Part shown: in pieces, positions 38,699-48,067 of the stretch
How positions within the stretch are numbered: position 1 is the first letter of the stretch
Layout of the letters: the number at the start of each line of letters is the position of its first letter
Translations under genes and position numbers: made by a program
The notes under the pieces: generated by a model
Databases searched by the model: none
What the model saw: only the letters and a program-made list of their open reading frames with translations
Told to the model about the DNA's origin: nothing
DNA from: a virus
Virus record (IMG/VR): IMGVR_UViG_3300028859_000013
Span: 1 to 64,000 of that record
Length of the DNA: 64,000 nucleotides
Strand: one strand, 5' to 3'

Positions 38699-39976
38699 TT
38701 ATTTTTTATCATCACTATCATCACTATCATCAACATGTTTGAAGATAGATTCTCTAAATTTATTAAACCTCTTATCTGCTAAGAATTTTTGTGCAGCTTT
38801 ATTTGTTTTAGAGTCTTCAGATAAAGTATATTCTGTATCAAGAACATGAAGTAAATAACCTACAACTTCATCATCTGAAATGGTTCCAAGAAATTTGATA
38901 AGATTTTCAACTTCTTTAGATTTCAATACTGAAACACTACGTTCTTTCATGTTTGCAAGAAGTTCAGATTTTTTATCACGATTGAAGTTTTTGATGTCAT
39001 CAATAATATCATCAAAACGATTAAGAACATCATCAAGAGTTATTTTAAGAGTATCTTCACAATATCTAATGAATTGTACATTTGATGCACCAACATAACC
39101 ATGACCAATTTCTTTAATGTCATTTATCCAAGTACGAATAGATGGGAATTTTTTGACCATTATTGAGTTACCTTTTTCATCTTTTATAGAATTTCCAGAA
39201 ACATCAGTTTTTTCAACAAATCCTCCAAAATTTTCAAAAATATAATCACTTAAAAAAGTCCAAGAACGAGGTGTAGCATATGCTTTATTCGTTTTATTTG
39301 TGATGTTCCTTTGATCAGGTTTTTTATAATAATGTTCAGTTTGATTTTTCAAAAATTGAACAATTATTGGAGCTACATTTTTATTTGCATATTGATCAGC
39401 CCATTCTGTAAATGGTAAAGTATGTTCAATATGAATTAAACGATTATTAAGAGCTTGATCAAATTCTTCTACATCTGTACCATCTTCTTCTCCAAGGTTA
39501 CCAGAAGAACACATAAATACATTTGAATTAAAAGCGAAAAATGAACCAATTTCTCTTTCAAGTAATATTTGAAGAGCAGCATTCCTTACTGCAAGAGTAG
39601 AACGATTTAATTCTTCAAAGTGAATAATGGTCGGACGTTTATTAGCTTCATATGCCCATTTAGGTGCAACGTGAGCTAACATTCGTTGCATTTTACCATC
39701 TACCATTTCTTCATCCAATGATGGGTATAACCCTACATCTGTTTCATCAATCATTGATAACCTGATATCAAAATATTGAAATCCTACTTTATTCGCAATT
39801 GATCTCATAATTGCAGACTTGGCATAACCAGGAGGAGATGTTATAAAAAGAACTCCACTTTTGGAATTCATAATTTTAAAATACCTTTTCTCTCTTTCTG
39901 ATAGAGATTCATACCCTTCTGGAAATCTGTTAGCTGGAGTCAGTGTTACACCTTTACCCATGTTTTTTTCTGTCAT
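38699..39976 (-). CDS. MoxR/dynein-related AAA+ ATPase (likely partner of vWA protein 42920-44506)
   Basis: PPGYAKS, DIRLS..D.TD..GLYP, FEELNR, QNAA-like RNAALQ, SGN, ALNNR and TPRSW motifs. TATCTTTG at 40043-40050 (minus). Confidence 0.85.
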   Translation of the reverse strand: MTEKNMGKGVTLTPANRFPEGYESLSEREKRYFKIMNSKSGVLFITSPPGYAKSAIMRSIANKVGFQYFDIRLSMIDETDVGLYPSLDEEMVDGKMQRMLAHVAPKWAYEANKRPTIIHFEELNRSTLAVRNAALQILLEREIGSFFAFNSNVFMCSSGNLGEEDGTDVEEFDQALNNRLIHIEHTLPFTEWADQYANKNVAPIIVQFLKNQTEHYYKKPDQRNITNKTNKAYATPRSWTFLSDYIFENFGGFVEKTDVSGNSIKDEKGNSIMVKKFPSIRTWINDIKEIGHGYVGASNVQFIRYCEDTLKITLDDVLNRFDDIIDDIKNFNRDKKSELLANMKERSVSVLKSKEVENLIKFLGTISDDEVVGYLLHVLDTEYTLSEDSKTNKAAQKFLADKRFNKFRESIFKHVDDSDDSDDKK

Positions 39977-40208
39977 AATTAATTCAATTTAATTTTAATT
40001 TAATATTTATTATTTAATTGATGTTTTGTTTTTTATACATTACAAAGATACTACTTATTTCTGATATAAAAAAATATTTTTGTACTTATTATTAAAGAAT
40101 ATCATCATATTCTTCATTTTTATTTTTATTTTTTTCTATTGTATTATTAATTAAGTTTTTATCATCTTCTGAATTTTTATCATAAAATGTATCAATAGAA
40201 TTTTTTAA

Positions 40209-41267
40209 TTATTCATTTACATTTTCTTCATTTTCTTCATCAGTTAATGTTTTTAAATATTCTTGAGCTTTATCATCTTTTATTTTTTTGAAAATAGGAA
40301 CCAAATAGTCAATGATATATTCAAACCGTTCTGTTTCATTTTTAAATTCCCAATCTTTTACAGATTTTAAATCAACATCATATAATATTGATAATACATC
40401 ATAATCTTGTATAATATCTGGTATAGTATCGCCATATTCAATTTTTACGATATTTTCAGTATCAATTATAGTATCTTTAAATATTAAAGTTGCAGTATAT
40501 GAATAATCATTATTATCTGTTAGATATACATTAATTCTATCTTTCTCCAAGGATAATACTTTAATTATACAAACATAAGGTTTATCATTAATTTTTATCC
40601 ATGTCTCAGGATTAATTAAATTTCCTATTATTTTTTGTAATTCTACCTCAAATGAAAAATCTTGTTTTTCATATTCAATTATACTTTCAAAATACTCTTT
40701 TAAAAGTTTAATTAAGTCATTATCATATGCTAATAATGCATCTTTTCTATCCTTAACATCATTCTCTATTTGCTTAGCATATTTATCCCATAATTCTTTC
40801 TGATGATCTATATGTTCCTTCTTTTTAGCTTCTTCATAAGCTTCAGGATCTTTCTTATATAAAAGAGAATCTTTTACTTCTAATATTCTATACTCATCTT
40901 TTATACTTTCAATAAAATTAGAAAACTCAATATTTTTAATCAATTTATTATTTAATTTACTAGATAATAAATTAACATCAGTTTCTTCTGTGAAATAAAT
41001 AGCAGGTGCAAATTTTTCAATTTTAATTGAACATTGCTCAATTAATTCCTCAACTATTTTCAATGGAGAAAATTCTAATGAATCTGTATTTAATTCTAAC
41101 CCATTTTTAATTAAGTAAATGAGACTACCACTTGGCTCAATCGTAGATATAATATGATAATTATATTCTACATCTTGCGTAAATAATGATAATAAATCTT
41201 GTTTTTTGCCCATTTTATTTTTTGTTTTTAAATAATAATTTTGTATATATTTTGCTAATATATTCAA
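40209..41267 (-). CDS. Hypothetical protein (likely start MGKKQ at 41213; frame stays open 38 codons past its TAA)
   Basis: ORF track plus hand translation. Confidence 0.7.
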   Translation of the reverse strand: MNILAKYIQNYYLKTKNKMGKKQDLLSLFTQDVEYNYHIISTIEPSGSLIYLIKNGLELNTDSLEFSPLKIVEELIEQCSIKIEKFAPAIYFTEETDVNLLSSKLNNKLIKNIEFSNFIESIKDEYRILEVKDSLLYKKDPEAYEEAKKKEHIDHQKELWDKYAKQIENDVKDRKDALLAYDNDLIKLLKEYFESIIEYEKQDFSFEVELQKIIGNLINPETWIKINDKPYVCIIKVLSLEKDRINVYLTDNNDYSYTATLIFKDTIIDTENIVKIEYGDTIPDIIQDYDVLSILYDVDLKSVKDWEFKNETERFEYIIDYLVPIFKKIKDDKAQEYLKTLTDEENEENVNE

Positions 41268-41396
41268 TATAATCTTTTCCTGATATAATATATGGAATAG
41301 TTGTGAATATAGCTGATATAAAAAATACTATTAATATAATAAACCATAATACGCTTTCATATAATCTATATGAGTATTTTTTTAATGCTTTCATGT

Positions 41397-41636
41397 TTAA
41401 AATTTTTTGTTTTTTATAGAGTAATAAACAGAATAAGGAAATATTATCAAATTCATTAAAAATGTACGAATTAAATTGCTAAATTTCTTACCCAAATTAC
41501 CCATTTTATACGTTCTGTGTAAACAATAAATAGCCCATATTATAGCTAAAATTAAATATATCAGTATATAAATCATGTTTATGTTTTTTGTACTACAAAA
41601 GTAATAAAAAAATCTGATATACCATAGTAAAATCAA
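41397..41636 (-). CDS. Small membrane protein (true start probably the internal MIYIL)
   Basis: Hydrophobic helices. TACTTTTG at 41596-41603 (minus) lies inside the called 5' extension. Confidence 0.6.
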   Translation of the reverse strand: MILLWYIRFFYYFCSTKNINMIYILIYLILAIIWAIYCLHRTYKMGNLGKKFSNLIRTFLMNLIIFPYSVYYSIKNKKF

Positions 41637-41700
41637 ACTATTTTTTAAAAAAAAGATAAACTTTTATCTTTTTTGATTATATATTATTTATATATAAAAT

Positions 41701-41862
41701 ATGAAAAATATGAAAAAACTAAAAAATATGAAAATTGATGAAAAATTGCATACAGAATTAAAAAAATATGCAACTGAAAATTCATTAAAATTAAATGATT
41801 GGGTTGAAAAAATAATCAAAAAAGAATTCGAAAAAATAAAACAAAATAATAATGATTATTGA
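41701..41862 (+). CDS. Ribbon-helix-helix DNA-binding protein (53 aa, not in ORF track)
   Basis: MKNMKKLKNMKIDEKLHTELKKYATENSLKLNDWVEKII...: beta-strand then D..LH..LK..A......L...VE..I. AAAC-N16-TATATA at 41658-41683. Confidence 0.7.
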   Translation: MKNMKKLKNMKIDEKLHTELKKYATENSLKLNDWVEKIIKKEFEKIKQNNNDY

Positions 41863-42886
41863 TAAAGAAGTTATAGTAAAACCTAATAATCACAGTATTA
41901 AACATTATATAGATAAAGGATATGATGCTAAATGTAAATGTGAATTGTTAGTTAAAGTTGAAGATTTAACAACATCATCTAATGTTAGAGTTAATTGTAA
42001 GTGTGAAAACTGTAATGAAATAACTAATATAAAATATCATGATTATAGTATATGTTTATCTAAAAATAATTTTTATGTTTGTAAGAAATGTAAATTTGAA
42101 AAAATTAAAATAACTAATAAAGAAAAATATGGAGATGAAAATTATTCTAATTGTGAGAAAAGAAATAAAACTATGATTGATAAATATGGAAGTTCAATTC
42201 CATTAAAAAATATTAATATAAAAAATAAAAAAGAACAAACTTGTTTAGAAAAATATGGTTTTAAAAATGCATCTGAAAATGATGAAATTAAAAATAAAAT
42301 AAAAAATAGTCATATAATGATATATCAAGATGATGATAATAAAAATAAAATTGTAGATAAAAGGAGAAAAACTTGTATATTAAAATATGGAGTAGATAGT
42401 TTTACTAAAACAGAAGAATATAAACAAAAAAGTGAAAAAACTTGTAGTAATAAATATGGATATCTACACAATGGTTCAGTTCCAGAATTTATTTTAAAAA
42501 GACAAGAAACTCATTTAAAAAATAATGTAGATGATAATAGAACAGATTTCTATTTATATAAAAGAAAAGTGAATAACTATACTAGAATATTTTTAAAAGA
42601 ATTGTTTTATAAATGGAATGGTTTTGATTATTACGATAATGAATATATAAAAAATAATTTAAGTTATGACTCAGGTTGTTCATTATACCCATCAGTTGAT
42701 CATAAGATACCAAAATATTTTGGATTTAAAAATAATATAGATCCTAAAATAATAGGAGATATTAATAATTTGTGCATAACAAAAAGATCAATAAATTCTA
42801 AGAAAAAAGATAAAATTTATGATATAAAATTATTAATTAAAATGAAATTGATAATAATAAGTGATATAATAAAAAAAGAGAGTTAA
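41852..42886 (+). CDS. Putative HNH homing endonuclease
   Basis: C..C zinc ribbon, CLEKYG repeats, PSVDHKIP...NLCITKRSINSKK. Confidence 0.75.
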   Translation: MIIDKEVIVKPNNHSIKHYIDKGYDAKCKCELLVKVEDLTTSSNVRVNCKCENCNEITNIKYHDYSICLSKNNFYVCKKCKFEKIKITNKEKYGDENYSNCEKRNKTMIDKYGSSIPLKNINIKNKKEQTCLEKYGFKNASENDEIKNKIKNSHIMIYQDDDNKNKIVDKRRKTCILKYGVDSFTKTEEYKQKSEKTCSNKYGYLHNGSVPEFILKRQETHLKNNVDDNRTDFYLYKRKVNNYTRIFLKELFYKWNGFDYYDNEYIKNNLSYDSGCSLYPSVDHKIPKYFGFKNNIDPKIIGDINNLCITKRSINSKKKDKIYDIKLLIKMKLIIISDIIKKES

Positions 42887-42903
42887 AATAACTCTCTTTT
42901 TTT
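42871..42903. terminator. Bidirectional terminator
   Basis: AAAAAAAGAGAGTTA-AAA-TAACTCTCTTTTTTT. Confidence 0.75.
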
Positions 42904-42919
42904 TATTTAAAAATTATTA

Positions 42920-44506
42920 TTAATCTTGTTTACCAACATTAACAATTTGTTTTACTTTTCCATTATCAAATGTAATAGGACATTTTTCTGCAGTCGATAA
43001 TATTAATGTTCTTGATTTAATATTTTTAAAATCCAAAGAATCTGTGTATCCATCTGTTAATATGACATTGTTAAATCCTGAAATTCTATTTTTAGGATCT
43101 GAAATAAAGTCCAACCCCGGCATAAGTGTGGTACCACCAAGTCCGGAAATTTTCATTTTTTCAATTTCTTTCTTATTTTTGATATGTAAAACCTTTTGAA
43201 TCTGCGCATCGCACTGTATTAAATTAATTTCGATGTCATTCTGAAAGATATAGGAAAGAACTTTTTCAAATTCACCGTTCATTGATCCACTGGTATCAAG
43301 AAGAACATTAATTTCATTTTTGAATTTTTTATGACCTTTTAATCCTTGTATACCTTTTCTATTAGGACGTACTATGGTTTTTTCTTTTTTTGAACCAAAA
43401 ACATGACTGCTCATCGCTCTTTTAATTTCTTTCAGGTAATCTTTTTTTGTTTTTCTAAGTTTATTAAGAATAGCATCAACATCTCCTGATTCAAGTCCAC
43501 GATTTTTCAATCTTGACATAACTCCTTCAACTATTTCTCTTTTTAGTTCTTGAGGTATATCATCTCCTAAATGTACATCAAGTGTATTTTGTTCTTGACG
43601 TTCTTCACCTTCAAAAATAGTTTCAAGAGAATAGCATTCTGCATCATTTTTGCCATATTTGCCATATCTATCTTTTCCAGATGTATCAGTTTTTCCTTGA
43701 CGAGATTGATTATTTTTGTGTTCATGCCCACAATTTGGACATTTATTGCTATTGCTTTGACCTTCACCATCACCTCCTTGACCTTCACCATCACCTCCTT
43801 GACCTTCACCATCACCTCCTTGACCTTCACCATCGCCTTCTTGACCTTTACCTTGTCCTTTTTCTTTACCTTCATCATCTTGATGTTCTTCTCCTGGTTG
43901 GTTCATAGGTGATCCACATTTAGAACATTTATTACTTTGACCTTGCATTTTTTTAATGCTTTCCTTATTTTTTTCTTGCCATTCTCTTTTTTTGTTGACA
44001 AACCATTCGTATAAGTCTTCAAATATTTGTTCTCCTTTATAATCTTTAGGAACCATAAGAGCACTATTATTTTTCAATTCATCTTTTGGAATATCAATAA
44101 AAGGTTTAGCTCCTATACCAAGACCTTGTTTTTTCATAATTTCGTCATATATGATTTGGTTGATAATCATATCTTGAACGATATTAGCATCTTTTTGATT
44201 ATATCCTACGCTTCTTTTAATATGTGAAAAAAGAATATGGAATTCTTCGTGTATTAGCAGAAAATTTATTTCAGGTTGTGGTAGAGAGTCTATAAATTTT
44301 CTATCCCAATAAAAGTTCATACCAGCGGAAGTAACATTAACTCCTGCTGTAGGAATATAAGGATTGTTTTTACTTTCGAAAAAATTAATAAACAAAGCGA
44401 ATTCACCATAGTATGGTAAATTGCCAGTTGCCATCATAGCCACTACTGCTTCAGTAAGCTTTTCGTGCATTTGATCTGGAATTACGTATTTATAAAAATC
44501 TATCAT
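42920..44506 (-). CDS. DUF2201-like protein: HExxH metallopeptidase domain plus vWA domain
   Basis: PTAGV, LIHEEFHILFSH, N...D..IN. LDTSGSM, QCDAQI, GGT, ILTDGY. Confidence 0.85.
   Translation of the reverse strand: MIDFYKYVIPDQMHEKLTEAVVAMMATGNLPYYGEFALFINFFESKNNPYIPTAGVNVTSAGMNFYWDRKFIDSLPQPEINFLLIHEEFHILFSHIKRSVGYNQKDANIVQDMIINQIIYDEIMKKQGLGIGAKPFIDIPKDELKNNSALMVPKDYKGEQIFEDLYEWFVNKKREWQEKNKESIKKMQGQSNKCSKCGSPMNQPGEEHQDDEGKEKGQGKGQEGDGEGQGGDGEGQGGDGEGQGGDGEGQSNSNKCPNCGHEHKNNQSRQGKTDTSGKDRYGKYGKNDAECYSLETIFEGEERQEQNTLDVHLGDDIPQELKREIVEGVMSRLKNRGLESGDVDAILNKLRKTKKDYLKEIKRAMSSHVFGSKKEKTIVRPNRKGIQGLKGHKKFKNEINVLLDTSGSMNGEFEKVLSYIFQNDIEINLIQCDAQIQKVLHIKNKKEIEKMKISGLGGTTLMPGLDFISDPKNRISGFNNVILTDGYTDSLDFKNIKSRTLILSTAEKCPITFDNGKVKQIVNVGKQD
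43757..43840 (-). repeat. 21-bp coding repeat x4 (GGDGEGQ linker)
   Basis: TTGACCTTCACCATCACCTCC three times plus one variant. Confidence 0.9.
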
Positions 44507-44573
44507 ATTTATTTATTTAATTATTTGTTTATTATTTATATGTAAAAGTACTACAATTTTTTCTAATCACCTA

Positions 44574-44912
44574 TTATTTTTCTTTATTTTTTAGATAAAG
44601 TAAGAAAAAAACAATAAATATAAATACAGGTACAAATATATTTGAATTTGCTTTTATTGTTTCTTTTAATCCATATACACGAATTTCAGTAGTTATAATT
44701 GAAACTCCTTTTTTTCCTATTACAAATGTGTCGTCCATGATTTTTTTGTTATCATTGATATCTTTAACTACTTGTTTTGGATCCAGTTCTTTTTCTTTTG
44801 CTGATACATTAGAATATGTAAACATAGGAATTAATATTAATAGAATAATAAATATTTTTTTCATAATGATATTATTTATAATTATTGTATATGGTTTTTT
44901 ATATTTGAGCAA
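44574..44912 (-). CDS. Membrane protein with signal peptide and C-terminal anchor
   Basis: Internal MKKIFIILLILIPMFTYSNVSA is the likely start. C-terminus IFVPVFIFIVFFLLYLKNKEK. Confidence 0.65.
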   Translation of the reverse strand: MLKYKKPYTIIINNIIMKKIFIILLILIPMFTYSNVSAKEKELDPKQVVKDINDNKKIMDDTFVIGKKGVSIITTEIRVYGLKETIKANSNIFVPVFIFIVFFLLYLKNKEK

Positions 44913-45148
44913 TTTGAATTATATCCTATTTTACAATTTTGACAACCTTGTATTTGTTCTGTATAATATTTACAAGTTAGATATCCTTTTTCACATCCTA
45001 TTATTTTTATAATTATGTGCATATCTGCATCTAATTCATTTTTAAAATGTTGAATATCATTTTGAGTTTCAACATTCCAACATGATGTAAATCCACTTTT
45101 GAATTTTATATAATCTCCGTTAGTTTCATAGCCTGATTTTGTTTTCAT
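44882..45148 (-). CDS. Small Cys-containing hypothetical protein
   Basis: 88-aa ORF. TATCTTTG at 45173-45180 (minus). Confidence 0.6.
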   Translation of the reverse strand: MKTKSGYETNGDYIKFKSGFTSCWNVETQNDIQHFKNELDADMHIIIKIIGCEKGYLTCKYYTEQIQGCQNCKIGYNSNCSNIKNHIQ

Positions 45149-45202
45149 ATTATATTATTTATAATTACACTACAAAGATACTACATTTATTTGATATAAT
45201 TA

Positions 45203-45934
45203 TTAATATGTATGAATTTGTTTTTTATTTTTCCAATATAGCATTATTAAATATCCTCCAATTAGTCCTCCTAGATGTCCAAAGTGTGCGATTCCAAATC
45301 CTAATGATGGATTTATCATAGATAGTAATCCAAATACTAATGAAAATGCTGCAAATCCATATAAAAAAAACTTCACTTTCATTGGTATAGCAAAAAACAA
45401 AAAAATTTTTGATTCTGGAGCTAAAAATAAAAGTGCTATCATTGCTCCACTAATTGCTCCTGATGCTCCAATTGCAGGAACTGGACTAAGAAACATGCAT
45501 AATATACTTGAAGAAATACCACTTAAGAAATATAATATTAAGAATTTTTTACTACTGATTGTTTTATCTATAAAATTACCAGTAAACCATAATGCAAGCA
45601 TATTACCAAGTAAGTGTATAATACTACCATGTAGAAACATTGATGTTATTATTTGATATGGCTGAAAATCTGGACTGGATATATTATAAATAGCTCCTTT
45701 ATCTATTAAAGATGGTATGAAATAATAACTAATTATAAATATTATAGTATTTATGATGATTAAATACTTTATGACGTCTGTTGAATTTCCAATAGATGTG
45801 AATTTATAAGTTGTTTCTCTTCGTTTTTGAATTTTTTGTTTTTTACTCTTATATTCTCTATATTCAGGAGTATCAAGAAGTTCTTTAATTGATTTCTTTT
45901 TAGATGAAAAATCATATCCATTAGTATTGCTCAT
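45203..45934 (-). CDS. Rhomboid intramembrane serine protease
   Basis: ITSMFLHG...HLLGNM, GASGA, AHFGHLGG. Start placed at ATG 45934 because TATCTTTG occupies 45959-45966. Confidence 0.9.
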   Translation of the reverse strand: MSNTNGYDFSSKKKSIKELLDTPEYREYKSKKQKIQKRRETTYKFTSIGNSTDVIKYLIIINTIIFIISYYFIPSLIDKGAIYNISSPDFQPYQIITSMFLHGSIIHLLGNMLALWFTGNFIDKTISSKKFLILYFLSGISSSILCMFLSPVPAIGASGAISGAMIALLFLAPESKIFLFFAIPMKVKFFLYGFAAFSLVFGLLSMINPSLGFGIAHFGHLGGLIGGYLIMLYWKNKKQIHTY

Positions 45935-46039
45935 AAAAAATAGTTTTATATTGAGGTACAAAGATAATATATTTTTTTTATTAAATGAATATAAATTTGA
46001 GATATTTTTTAGTTATTATTTAAATATCTGATTATTAGA

Positions 46040-46324
46040 TTAATCGTCTCTTTCTATTTTTGTTGAAAATTTATACATTTTATTTATTTCTACGAGAGTT
46101 TTTATTTCTCTCCATTTTTTTCTAAGTTTAGCAGAATCATTAGAAATTCCATTATTTACTACATTTATTGAAATTCCGCTATTTATTAAATAGTCTATCC
46201 ATAATTGCAAATTTATAAAATTTTTAATATGAAGAAAGATGGCATATAAATACCATCTATTTCTCCACAATTTTACAATTTTTGAAGATGATTCATATGA
46301 AATTATTTCATTTTTAACCTTCAT
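46040..46324 (-). CDS. Hypothetical protein downstream of the sigma factor
   Basis: 94-aa ORF overlapping the sigma 3' end. Confidence 0.65.
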   Translation of the reverse strand: MKVKNEIISYESSSKIVKLWRNRWYLYAIFLHIKNFINLQLWIDYLINSGISINVVNNGISNDSAKLRKKWREIKTLVEINKMYKFSTKIERDD

Positions 46325-46934
46325 TATAATCTATATCTTTGAATTTTTTTTCTACTTTTTTTCTAATTATTGTTCTTCCTTTTTTAATTTGAGATTTTAT
46401 AGTAGATAGATTTATATTTAGTTCATCTGAAATTTCTTTATATTGCATACCTTCGATTTCTCTCATTATAAGAACTTTTTTATATTTTGAATCTTTTTCT
46501 GGTAAATTGTATATAGCATCTTTTATGATAGATGCTTTTTTAACAAAAATATTATATTCTTCTATTGGTTTTTTGCTATCATCATATGCTATCACATTAG
46601 ATAAACTAAAATTTATTGCTAAATCTTTATCAATTGAATCTGTTGGTAACCTTTCATTATCTTTGTGTACTTTTTTGACAATATTTTCTGCTATTTTATA
46701 AATCCAAGTATTTAGTTGTGCTCCTCCTTCATCTGGTCTTTTATATGTTTCAATATTCAGTAATGCTTGAATAAATGCATCTTCTACATGATCTTCTGCT
46801 ATTCCAGAATCTTTAGTATATTTTGTGATATACCATATTAATTTAGGTTTGTGATTTTTATAAAAATCTTGAAAATTTATACCTGTGCGAGCTTCGAACT
46901 GTATTTCAAGTTCATTATTTTTAGTTGATGTCAT
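46314..46934 (-). CDS. ECF-type sigma-70 family RNA polymerase sigma factor
   Basis: Region 2: AED.V.DAFI.A....TWIYKIA.N. Region 4: LP.....V.IMREIEGM.YKEIS..LNINLSTIKSQI.KGR. Confidence 0.9.
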   Translation of the reverse strand: MTSTKNNELEIQFEARTGINFQDFYKNHKPKLIWYITKYTKDSGIAEDHVEDAFIQALLNIETYKRPDEGGAQLNTWIYKIAENIVKKVHKDNERLPTDSIDKDLAINFSLSNVIAYDDSKKPIEEYNIFVKKASIIKDAIYNLPEKDSKYKKVLIMREIEGMQYKEISDELNINLSTIKSQIKKGRTIIRKKVEKKFKDIDYNEG

Positions 46935-47367
46935 AAAGTTTATATTTGAGTTGTTATATATATAAAATGTATTGGTTTGTTTTTAAAAAATACATTTTTT
47001 AACTATTTTTGGATATTATATAATTCTATCATACCTACCACTTGAGTAGGACTATGTTGCATAGTTATGATCGTTGAGAAATTAATTCATTTTATGATAC
47101 ATCAATAATTTATGTACTGATAATTTTAATTCGTTCAACATTAGAATTTTATATAAGTTTATCCTATATTGATTATTTTTATTATAATCATTTTTTTATT
47201 TCTATAATTGATATTTATTATAATTTATTTTCTGTTTTTGTTATTTTTATTTTTTAATTGTTAATATTAATTTAGTTAATTATCTCATTTCTTATTTTAT
47301 AAATTTATATATTTCATCATTTTAAAAGTCAACGTTTTTAGCTCACTTAACATCATGTAATTTATAT

Positions 47368-47841
47368 CTAAGATTCTGTTATTTTATTTAATTTATTTCT
47401 TCTTGTTCTTTTTATATTTTCTTCGAATCTAAGCTCGTAAATTGGTAGGTGTTTATCTATGAAATTTTTATATTGAACATCAACATAAATAATATCTTCT
47501 GCATTTATTATTGTACCCTTATATCTATGCGATAATAATTCAACAGCATCTCCAATTATAGGTTTGTATATTATACGATTTTTCTCCAAATAATTAAATG
47601 GATTGAAATAATTTGCAAAATTAATAAATTCTTCATCTGTAACTCTTATGCTTTGTTTAAGTTCACTATCACTTTTATGATAACCTTTTATTATTTTTTC
47701 AAATTTTATTCCAAAAAAATAGCATGTATTAAATATTATATCATCAGTAAATATTGGTTTGTTATATTTGTCATATCCTACCAAATATGAATCTGGCTCA
47801 ATTGAAGTATATTTCATTTTTCTGTCTGTGTATGTTTTCAT
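47368..47841 (-). CDS. Hypothetical protein with RRNKLNKI C-terminal motif
   Basis: YopX-like G.DK..K.IF.DDI motif and KOW-like IGDAVE. Confidence 0.65.
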   Translation of the reverse strand: MKTYTDRKMKYTSIEPDSYLVGYDKYNKPIFTDDIIFNTCYFFGIKFEKIIKGYHKSDSELKQSIRVTDEEFINFANYFNPFNYLEKNRIIYKPIIGDAVELLSHRYKGTIINAEDIIYVDVQYKNFIDKHLPIYELRFEENIKRTRRNKLNKITES

Positions 47842-48067
47842 ATTTCATTAAACTTATTGTTATACAACATAAATGTTTTTTATTGTTTGTTTATATAAAG
47901 GTAATAAAAAAATTGGATAAAAAAAATAATATCATGTTTTATTTTGCATCTTTTTTAGCTATTTTTCAAAAAAACTATTTAATATATATCGTACGTAAAA
48001 AGTAAATATCAACAAATAGTTTTTTTATAAAAATATTTAATATATACATAAAAATAATTTTTAAATT

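Noticed and set aside
43567-44227. Overlapping ORFs such as the HHHLLDL and VMVKVKE repeats
   Set aside because: These are alternate-frame readings of the 21-bp GGDGEGQ repeat within the vWA gene.
46940-47367. tRNA or hammerhead ribozyme in the long intergenic region
   Set aside because: No T-loop/D-loop cloverleaf and no CUGANGA/GAAA core. Only the three-way junction is reported. No tRNA or rRNA was recognised elsewhere.
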